A stretch of 20,000 nt of DNA, taken from an uncultured virus (IMG/VR IMGVR_UViG_3300024255_001771). Lineage: Duplodnaviria; Heunggongvirae; Uroviricota; Caudoviricetes. A program made the translations under genes and the position numbers. This document shows positions 9,210 through 16,240 of the stretch, piece after piece (the stretch's first letter is position 1; each line of letters begins with the position of its first letter). The notes below the pieces were generated by a model. That model was not told the DNA's origin, made no database searches, and saw only the letters and a program-made list of their open reading frames with translations. The stretch covers positions 58,932-78,931 of the IMG/VR virus record IMGVR_UViG_3300024255_001771; one strand, 5' to 3'.

Positions 9210-10150
9210 TGTGGACAACTGATACATTAGAATGGATTGATATAGAACTTACAAGTTTTTGTAATATAAAATGCAAAGGCTGTTTTCGTGTGTTGTCTGA
9301 TTATGCCGATGACATATTAAACAAAACTTATTTAGATCTCGACACTATTAAAGAGAGATTTCAAAAAGAAATGTTTCCAAATATTAAAATTATTAATTTT
9401 TGTGGTAGCGTTGATGAGCCTTGTAGTCATCCACAATTTCATGAAATTATAAAACACTTTGCTGATTGGGACTGTCATATTAACATTGCTACTAACGGAA
9501 GTTTACGGAGTGAAAAGTGGTGGACTGAACTAGCAGGTATACTTCCTAGCAGTCACAAAGTTGTTTGGGGAATTGACGGTAGTGACGAATTGTCTGAAGT
9601 ATATAGACAAGGGTCTAATTATAAAAAAGTACAAAAAAATTACAGAGCATTTATTGCTGCTGGCGGAAAAGCAAATTGGCAGTTTATTAGTTTTGAACAT
9701 AATGAACATCAACTAGAAGAAGCAAGAGAAATAGCAAAGCAAGAAGGCTTTAAAGAATTTAAAACTATTATTAGTCATAGAAAAGACTCTGGTGGTATCA
9801 AACATAAAAAGGTTGAAACACAAGAATCCAATTGCATTAGTTGCAAGTATGCTAATCAAAAACGTATTTTTGTAAATCACATGGGCAATGTAATACCCTG
9901 TTGTCATCTTAATGCAAAGATGTTAGAATATCCAGTTAGCGGAAAACACAAAGATAAATTTGAAGATATATTAGAACAACAGGATTATATGTCAGATATT
10001 AATTTAACCAATGTAAGTATTGAACAAGCAATTAATGGAAAAGTTTGGACAGACATAAAAAACAGTTGGACATCAGATAACAAGATTCCTCGTTGCGAGC
10101 AAGTATGTAAAGAAAACAAACGTGATAAATTTATAAAGGAACAGCTATGA
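9209..10150 (+). CDS. Radical SAM protein with C-terminal Cys domain (family A, copy 4)
   Basis: 'CNIKCKGC', 'CGSVDEP', 'ATNGS', 'WGIDG', 'IPCC...CEQVC'. TAATG overlap with the previous gene. Confidence 0.9.
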   Translation: MWTTDTLEWIDIELTSFCNIKCKGCFRVLSDYADDILNKTYLDLDTIKERFQKEMFPNIKIINFCGSVDEPCSHPQFHEIIKHFADWDCHINIATNGSLRSEKWWTELAGILPSSHKVVWGIDGSDELSEVYRQGSNYKKVQKNYRAFIAAGGKANWQFISFEHNEHQLEEAREIAKQEGFKEFKTIISHRKDSGGIKHKKVETQESNCISCKYANQKRIFVNHMGNVIPCCHLNAKMLEYPVSGKHKDKFEDILEQQDYMSDINLTNVSIEQAINGKVWTDIKNSWTSDNKIPRCEQVCKENKRDKFIKEQL

Positions 10151-10821
10151 TATTTAAAAATAGTCAACAAGATATTAATATTGAAGAACCTGATAGCGTA
10201 AAGGTAGTATCTCTTAAAATATCCGGCGGTGCTGACAGTGCTATTGTTGGTTATATGTTATCTAAATATGTAGCTGAAGAAAGACCTGATATTAAGATTA
10301 TTCCATTAACTACTAATCATCCTAAGAAACCTTATCAAGGAGTGTTTGCTCCCCGTATAATAAATTTTTATAAAGATACTTTTGGAGAACATATTTTTGG
10401 AAAACATTATATAAACAATGTAGACGTAATGAATACTAACGATGATTATATAAATGCACAATGGGATAATTTTTTCGAAGCTAATAATAAAGAAAACATA
10501 CAAAAAAATTATTCTGGTATTACTGCTAATCCACCCTTAGATATAGTAGATACTTTTAGAAACGAAAAGGGTAACCTAATTAACGGACCGTGCGATAATA
10601 GAAATGGAAAGAATTTTCCTGTGCTTAATGATTATTCTTGGAGACACCTAACAAACATAGACAAAAAAGGTGTAGCAGAACTATACGAAACACTTGGAGT
10701 TATGGAAACATTATTTCCGTTGACTAGAAGTTGTGAAGACCATACTATGGACTTTAGTTCCCATTGCGACAACTGTTGGTTTTGTAAAGAAAGATTTTGG
10801 GGTTTTGGCCGATATATTTAA
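10147..10821 (+). CDS. QueC-like PP-loop ATPase (7-cyano-7-deazaguanine synthase-like / adenine nucleotide alpha-hydrolase)
   Basis: PP-loop 'ISGGADSA'. C-terminal Zn-binding pattern 'TRSC...HCDNCWFCKER', matching the QueC C-x(n)-CxxCxxC-xx-R motif. Confidence 0.75.
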   Translation: MIFKNSQQDINIEEPDSVKVVSLKISGGADSAIVGYMLSKYVAEERPDIKIIPLTTNHPKKPYQGVFAPRIINFYKDTFGEHIFGKHYINNVDVMNTNDDYINAQWDNFFEANNKENIQKNYSGITANPPLDIVDTFRNEKGNLINGPCDNRNGKNFPVLNDYSWRHLTNIDKKGVAELYETLGVMETLFPLTRSCEDHTMDFSSHCDNCWFCKERFWGFGRYI

Positions 10822-10824
10822 CGG

Positions 10825-10852
10825 TTGATTATTTTTTAAAAGGTGTTATACT
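10825..10852 (+). promoter_or_regulatory. Sigma70-like promoter TTGATT-N16-TATACT with extended -10 (TGn), probably leaderless
   Basis: TTGATT at 10825-10830, TG at 10844-10845, TATACT at 10847-10852. Only 6 nt separate the -10 box from the ATG at 10859, and there is no SD. Confidence 0.6.
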
Positions 10853-10858
10853 GTAGTT

Positions 10859-11974
10859 ATGAGTGAAGATTTAAAATGGAGCAATTATGACTTTACAAAG
10901 ATCCCGTTTGACGACATTGTTAGCGTCGGACAAAGGACACTCTTATATAGAGACTTGTTTACTGTCAGCTGGCTGCTTGGAAGATTCTGTAACTACAAAT
11001 GTAGTTACTGTTGGCCCTACGCAAGAAGCGACCGCAAAGATCATAGACCTACAGAACTATGTCTCAAAACAATCGACGAAATAAAGCGACAGGCACGTGA
11101 AAACGGATTTAATAGTTATCATTTTAGTCTTAGTGGCGGTGAGCCTACTTTTCATCCTGGGTACTTGGACATTCTACAGCATCTGGCTGATGACGTAGAC
11201 AACACCAACTATACCAGTGTACACATGACGTCAAACTGTAGTCGCAATATGGCTTGGTTTGAAAAGTATGTTGAAGCAGTAAAGCCATTTCATAGAGCAA
11301 GTATTACAGCAAGTCTGCACACAGAACACGTAAACAGTAAAGAGAAGATGCAGGACTTTGCAGATAAGTTAATCTTCTGTCAGGAGCATGATGTACAAGT
11401 TACAATTAATCAAGTTATGGTACCAGAATGGTTTGAACGTGATTGGGAGAATGCGTTATTCTTTCACGAGCAAGGTATCAACGTTACTCTTAAACCACAA
11501 TCAGACCCTACTGCTTCTAAAATTGTTGAAGGTTACAAACCAGAAGACTTGGAGCGGTTGTGGAACGGAATGCCACAGCGAGCATACACAGAAAACAAAA
11601 GGATATGGACAGAGCGTCCGAAGCCAAACTTCCAAATACCTCAAGGAGTAGAGGGAAAATTAGATACAAGTATTCCTTGGCATATGCAAGTAGAGTTAAA
11701 AGACTCTAAAGGTAAAAAGTGGTATATGGACCAAGCAGAACGCTTTAATGCCTTTAATTTCAACAATTTTGAAGGATGGGCTTGCAATGCCGGTTACAGC
11801 GGACTTATAATACGCGAGCCAGACGGTTCGGTAAAACGTAGTTATTCTTGCCATGATGCGCCACTAGGCAACATCGAAACAGGTTTCGAACTGTTTAAGA
11901 CACCTAAAACTTGCATTACAAAAAGTTGTGTAAGTTCGGCTGATTCAAAAATACCTAAACGTAAGATTATTTAA
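10859..11974 (+). CDS. Radical SAM protein (family C, copy 2; viperin/MoaA-like core)
   Basis: 'WLLGRFCNYKCSYC', 'LSGGEP', 'MTSNCS'. C-terminal 'CNAG...IREPDGSVKRSYSC...GNI...CITKSC' twitch-like segment. Confidence 0.9.
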   Translation: MSEDLKWSNYDFTKIPFDDIVSVGQRTLLYRDLFTVSWLLGRFCNYKCSYCWPYARSDRKDHRPTELCLKTIDEIKRQARENGFNSYHFSLSGGEPTFHPGYLDILQHLADDVDNTNYTSVHMTSNCSRNMAWFEKYVEAVKPFHRASITASLHTEHVNSKEKMQDFADKLIFCQEHDVQVTINQVMVPEWFERDWENALFFHEQGINVTLKPQSDPTASKIVEGYKPEDLERLWNGMPQRAYTENKRIWTERPKPNFQIPQGVEGKLDTSIPWHMQVELKDSKGKKWYMDQAERFNAFNFNNFEGWACNAGYSGLIIREPDGSVKRSYSCHDAPLGNIETGFELFKTPKTCITKSCVSSADSKIPKRKII

Positions 11975-11981
11975 ATAAATA
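11975..11981 (+). promoter_or_regulatory. T4-late-like promoter box ATAAATA upstream of the second sub-operon
   Basis: Exact ATAAATA immediately after the stop at 11972-11974, at the start of the only long intergenic region. Confidence 0.55.
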
Positions 11982-11989
11982 CACATACT

Positions 11990-12052
11990 GCGAGAAATCG
12001 CGAACATTCTATGTTCATTTTCATTACTGCTATTCAGCCAAGATTTATCTTG
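11990..12052 (+). promoter_or_regulatory. Putative structured 5' leader (multiple hairpins)
   Basis: GCGA-GAAA-TCGC (11990-12001, GNRA loop), GAACAT-TCT-ATGTTC (12002-12016), CAAGA-TTTA-TCTTG (12039-12052). Confidence 0.45.
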
Positions 12053-12072
12053 ATACTACTCTTATAGGACGC

Positions 12073-13929
12073 ATGATGAAAAAAGTTTATTTCACACAAA
12101 TTAATAATGTAATAGCCGAAGCAACATTCTTGCCACTAAGCGTAGCATATGTATGGGAATACTGCAACGCTAATGTAGAAGGATGGGAGCTTGGCGGAAT
12201 ATTGTTTGAGCGTGAAACAGTAGCCGAATATTTAAAACAAATAACCGACCCTGATGTATTTGCCATTAGTACATATGTATGGAATTGGGATATAAGTAGA
12301 GAGCTTGCTCGTGCAGTTAAACTCCGTTGGCCCAACTGTTTAATTGTAATGGGCGGCCCACAAGTTCCTGCCAAGAAACAATGGCTACAAGATAATCGAG
12401 ATATATGTGATTTAATTGTCACATATGCCGGCGAACGTGCGTTTGCTGAGTTACTTAATGGTAATTATACAGCACCTGGCATATTGAGTGTTGATAGTTA
12501 TAGTCCTCCTAAACCTGATAAAATAGTAGACGACATTCCTAGTCCGTATCTTAGTGGACTAATGGACTCTCTTATGAAACCTGGAAAACAGTACAGTGCT
12601 ATAATTGAAACTAATAGAGGTTGTCCTTATGCTTGTACCTTCTGTGATCAAGAAGCAATATATTATAATAAAATAGCAAAGTTTAATTATGATAGAGTTA
12701 TTGCTGAAATTGATTGGGTGTCTGATCATAAGATCGACTTCCTATATTTTGCAGATAGTAATGTAGGAATATTTGACAGAGACATTGACTTTATCAAATA
12801 TGTTGCTAAGTGCAAAAATGAAAAAGGATTTCCAAGACAAATTGATTATAGTACAGCAAAACAGCAACCTGAACGAATCGTCGAACTAGGCCGTATACTT
12901 AATCAAGAAGCAAAGATTAAACGTGGAGTGACTATTGCACTACAGAGTATGAACCCAGCTACACTAAAAGCAATTAAGCGTATTAATATTGCTAATACTA
13001 AATTAGAACAAATGGTAAGTGCGTATAATAAAGCCGGCGTTGATAACTACTGCGAATTAATAGTCGGCTTGCCAGAAGAAACATTAGATACTTGGATTGC
13101 CGGAATTGGAAAAATACTTGAACTAGGAAGCGATCACGCTCTTACTGTCCATCCATTAAGTATTGTTCCTAATACTCCATTTAGTGATCCAGAATACAAA
13201 GACAAGTACGGATTGCAATATACTGCATCTCCTGCACCTGCAGGCGGCAACGTTTATCCAGAAGACAGTAAGGGCGAAGTAGACTTTGTATGCCATACTA
13301 GTAATACGTTTACTACAGACGGATACATTGATATGTATTTCTTTGCAAAGGGCATCATTATTCCGCATCACTATCACGGTGTGAGTCAAGTAATTGCTAC
13401 TTACTTGTTCCGCGAACATAACATTTCCTTAATAGATTATTACAAATGTTTGTTTGAGTGGAGTAAGAATAGTTCAGGTATTTTAAATCAAGAGTACGTT
13501 ACTCATACAACTAGTTTGCGTGAAAGTTTATTTGAAATGAAAACTTGGGGACGTTCTATAGAAGGTTCAGACGATTTTCACTTCCAAGATAATGGAGCAA
13601 CTGCTGCATTTTTGTATTCTAATATTGATGAAATTTACAATGAACTTATTTACTTTGTAAAACTGAAATACGGTATTGACATTTCTGAAGTATCAGTGTA
13701 TAATAAGCATATACTCGATATTTATGGTAAGACGGCTTACTCTATGACATTTACAAAAAATTGGGACTCTTGGTTCTTTAACAATACTATATTAGCAAAT
13801 ATGGAAACTGTTGTAGAAACAACTCCAACAAAATATAAAGACAGAGGCGACCACGCTAAACATTTATTCTGGTATGGTCGAAAAAGCAAAAGATGCTTTT
13901 TACAAACAACAAAAAAGGAGTTTGCATGA
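12073..13929 (+). CDS. Cobalamin-binding radical SAM protein (class B methyltransferase-like), copy 1
   Basis: N-terminal B12-binding domain ('LPLSVAYV', 'ISTYVWNW', 'IVMGGPQV'), then 'PSPYLSG', 'ETNRGCPYACTFC', 'FADSN', 'ELIVGLPEET'. AGGA at 12066-12069 fits the second ATG at 12076 better. Confidence 0.9.
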   Translation: MMKKVYFTQINNVIAEATFLPLSVAYVWEYCNANVEGWELGGILFERETVAEYLKQITDPDVFAISTYVWNWDISRELARAVKLRWPNCLIVMGGPQVPAKKQWLQDNRDICDLIVTYAGERAFAELLNGNYTAPGILSVDSYSPPKPDKIVDDIPSPYLSGLMDSLMKPGKQYSAIIETNRGCPYACTFCDQEAIYYNKIAKFNYDRVIAEIDWVSDHKIDFLYFADSNVGIFDRDIDFIKYVAKCKNEKGFPRQIDYSTAKQQPERIVELGRILNQEAKIKRGVTIALQSMNPATLKAIKRINIANTKLEQMVSAYNKAGVDNYCELIVGLPEETLDTWIAGIGKILELGSDHALTVHPLSIVPNTPFSDPEYKDKYGLQYTASPAPAGGNVYPEDSKGEVDFVCHTSNTFTTDGYIDMYFFAKGIIIPHHYHGVSQVIATYLFREHNISLIDYYKCLFEWSKNSSGILNQEYVTHTTSLRESLFEMKTWGRSIEGSDDFHFQDNGATAAFLYSNIDEIYNELIYFVKLKYGIDISEVSVYNKHILDIYGKTAYSMTFTKNWDSWFFNNTILANMETVVETTPTKYKDRGDHAKHLFWYGRKSKRCFLQTTKKEFA

Positions 13930-14489
13930 TACGTGTGGGAGATACTATACCTAATGTTTCTAGTATGCATAAAGTTAAACATAACAATGAGTGGGCAGAC
14001 ACCCGATCGTTATTTGCTGGCAAGAGGATACTTTTACTCGGATTGCCAGGTGCGTTTCTTGTAGAATATGCTGCTTCTCAACTCCGGTCGTATGAATTTT
14101 TATATGACAAGTTTATGAACGAAGTTGACGAAATATGGTACACGTCAACTGACGATTGTTTTATACAGAACGCCTGGAACAAATTTCAAGGTATTAAACA
14201 TATACAAAATTTACCTGATCCAGATGCTACTTGGTCCGATGCAATAGGCATGACCGAAGATATGACCAAAGAAGGATTAAGCAGTAAACGAAGCCATCGA
14301 TATGCTATGGTCCTAGATAATCTTGTTGTTAAAACTATTAAATATGAAGACTTTAGTCATAATCCAATGACGTGTTTCCAAGTAACTGATGCAGACTCTA
14401 TGATGCAATACTTTGAAATTATAAAGACAAATTATGAAAGATGGGATGATAATGTTGGAAGAGAAAAAAACAGCTCAGTACTGTCATGA
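13926..14489 (+). CDS. Peroxiredoxin (Prx5/Redoxin)-like protein lacking the peroxidatic Cys
   Basis: ATG at 13926 (ATGA overlap). 'VGDTIP', 'LFAGKRILLLGLPGAF', 'DDCFIQNAW', 'LPDPDA', 'RSHRYAMVLDN' match Prx5, but PGAFTPxC is replaced by PGAFLVEY. Confidence 0.8.
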   Translation: MIRVGDTIPNVSSMHKVKHNNEWADTRSLFAGKRILLLGLPGAFLVEYAASQLRSYEFLYDKFMNEVDEIWYTSTDDCFIQNAWNKFQGIKHIQNLPDPDATWSDAIGMTEDMTKEGLSSKRSHRYAMVLDNLVVKTIKYEDFSHNPMTCFQVTDADSMMQYFEIIKTNYERWDDNVGREKNSSVLS

Positions 14490-15069
14490 ACTAACTAACC
14501 TTTGGTTTGATAGACAGTATCTAAGTAATCACTTAGCAAGTATAGAAGAGGATGAATGGTATGTTTTCGATTGTGGCAAAACTAGGTGGACAGTTCAAGA
14601 AAGTTTTGATCCACGTCTTGAGTGTAAAAACTACTCCTGGTCAGACTTTCACGAAGAGCTCGCATTATTATTTAATATACCGATCATGCCCGATACTATG
14701 TTATATACCAGCACACCTGTCGGAGGAACCCCTCCCCACCAAGACCGAAACAGAAGAGCAGTCTTAAACTTTCCTGTAAATGGAAAATTTGGACTGGATA
14801 GTCCACAAACATTCTTTGAAACATTTGATCGTGATACGTTAAAATATACAATGCCATATGAGAAATCTAAGCTAACAGATGAATTAGCGCCTTGGCTGTT
14901 TAAAGGACAACAAATACACGGAGTAACTAATGAATCAGATGAAGGTAGGACAATTATTACCACTTGCTGGCGACATAACTCGTATGAAGATATTAAAGCT
15001 AAAATTGAAGATGGCACTTTGATAAATTGGGAACAGAACAAAAAAAATAAAAAGGTTAAGTTTATATGA
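14452..15069 (+). CDS. 2OG-Fe(II) oxygenase / cupin-like protein
   Basis: HxD 'PPHQD', 'LNFPV', distal 'IHGV' followed by Arg. The start is uncertain (14434, 14446 or 14452). Confidence 0.65.
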   Translation: MLEEKKTAQYCHELTNLWFDRQYLSNHLASIEEDEWYVFDCGKTRWTVQESFDPRLECKNYSWSDFHEELALLFNIPIMPDTMLYTSTPVGGTPPHQDRNRRAVLNFPVNGKFGLDSPQTFFETFDRDTLKYTMPYEKSKLTDELAPWLFKGQQIHGVTNESDEGRTIITTCWRHNSYEDIKAKIEDGTLINWEQNKKNKKVKFI

Positions 15070-15704
15070 GTAGCAAACACGCATTATCTAGATTGCACAC
15101 TATGGGCGACTGGCTCGAGATGCAGAAGTTTAACTCTGGCAAACTGTTAGATGATATTAATCAGTACGCAGATGAGTGGAAACCGTATAACGTTAAAAAG
15201 CCAAACAATCGCTGGGGACTTAGTATTACTAGTCTTGATGGTAAACTTAGTGGCATTCCGGACTTAGATAGTCTGTCAGAATATAATAACCGGCACGGCA
15301 CTACACTTACAAATCATGATATTAACACATATACAAATGTGTACAGTACTAGTCTAGAACTTCAAAAGATTATAGAGCCTTGGAAGCCATGGTTAGGTCG
15401 GTGTCATTATCTTAAACTAAACAGTGGCGGCTTCTTCCCTGAACATTATGATATAAACAAACTAGACTACACATACGAAGATGTTAGACTGGTTGGCTTT
15501 GTTAATCGCAACAGTAAAGACACTATGAAATTTATATACGAAGACACTGTTATGAATGTTAAAGAAGGTAGTTTGTATTATTTTAATGCAAGCAAACGAC
15601 ATAGCGTGTTTAGTATGTCAGATGATTGTATCATGCTTGTATTTTGTTTAAAGTTTGATGCAAAGTTATTTGAAACAATGATAGATCAATATAGGTTGTC
15701 TTAA
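15066..15704 (+). CDS. 2OG-Fe(II) oxygenase (Asp/Asn beta-hydroxylase-like)
   Basis: 'LKLNSGGFFPEHYD' HxD motif and 'GSLYYFNASKRHSV' distal His. Confidence 0.7.
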   Translation: MSSKHALSRLHTMGDWLEMQKFNSGKLLDDINQYADEWKPYNVKKPNNRWGLSITSLDGKLSGIPDLDSLSEYNNRHGTTLTNHDINTYTNVYSTSLELQKIIEPWKPWLGRCHYLKLNSGGFFPEHYDINKLDYTYEDVRLVGFVNRNSKDTMKFIYEDTVMNVKEGSLYYFNASKRHSVFSMSDDCIMLVFCLKFDAKLFETMIDQYRLS

Positions 15705-16240
15705 TGGACTGGTATCATAGAAAACTAAAATTACAATATAATCCTAGTGTGTTTAATGAAATAATTGAATATGCACAGCATACTACTTGGAAACAAGGAT
15801 ATGATCAGAACGGACTAGTTTGGAATGTAGAAGAACTTCCATTAAGTGTAGAAGACTTTCCTATATTAAACGAATTATATAACGGCCTTAATGCAGAATT
15901 TAAACGTCCTAGTTTCTTTTTAAGTAGTGTAAAGCCTGGAGGATTAGTTAATCATATTGATCATCGTAAATGGGGAAATTTTGGAATTCCGTTACTAGGG
16001 GACTTTAGTAACAGTCCTCAATACTACTATGACCAATTTAATCATCCAGTTGAGCAATTTATATTAGATACACCGACTATTTTTTATACTCGCATGTTAC
16101 ATGCTGTGCCACGTAAATTAGAAGACACTACACCCCGTTGGGTATTGATGATGGATTTATTTGACTGGACAGATAACTTATTTAAAAAAATTGACAATAA
16201 TACTATTTGGACAGACACAGAGAATTTTAAACATGCGTAA
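15704..16240 (+). CDS. 2OG-Fe(II) oxygenase / cupin-like protein
   Basis: 'VKPGGLVNHID' HxD motif, 'LHAV', 'RWVL'. TAATG overlap with the previous gene. Confidence 0.7.
   Translation: MDWYHRKLKLQYNPSVFNEIIEYAQHTTWKQGYDQNGLVWNVEELPLSVEDFPILNELYNGLNAEFKRPSFFLSSVKPGGLVNHIDHRKWGNFGIPLLGDFSNSPQYYYDQFNHPVEQFILDTPTIFYTRMLHAVPRKLEDTTPRWVLMMDLFDWTDNLFKKIDNNTIWTDTENFKHA

Noticed and set aside
1838..11974. Assigning specific gene symbols (moaA, pqqE, nirJ, queE, queC, anSME)
   Set aside because: Only superfamily motifs are visible. Partner genes of those pathways are absent from the window and diagnostic features such as the MoaA C-terminal GG are missing.
11990..12020. Rho-independent terminator after the rSAM ending at 11974
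   Set aside because: The stems are short, the following tract (ATTTTC) is weak, and the hairpins lie downstream of a promoter-like box. It cannot be fully excluded.
11982..12072. Canonical cobalamin, SAM or preQ1 riboswitch, or a tRNA, in the leader
   Set aside because: Fragments such as ACTG and AGCCAAGA faintly recall the B12 box, but the GGGAA element and overall architecture are absent. There is no cloverleaf or TTC-loop. Retained only as an unknown structured leader.
16161..16232. Longer TTG starts in the ORF track (also 690 and 13893)
   Set aside because: ATGs at 16233, 720 and 13926 give short coupled overlaps, and for 16233 and 13926 they also match paralog or family N-termini.
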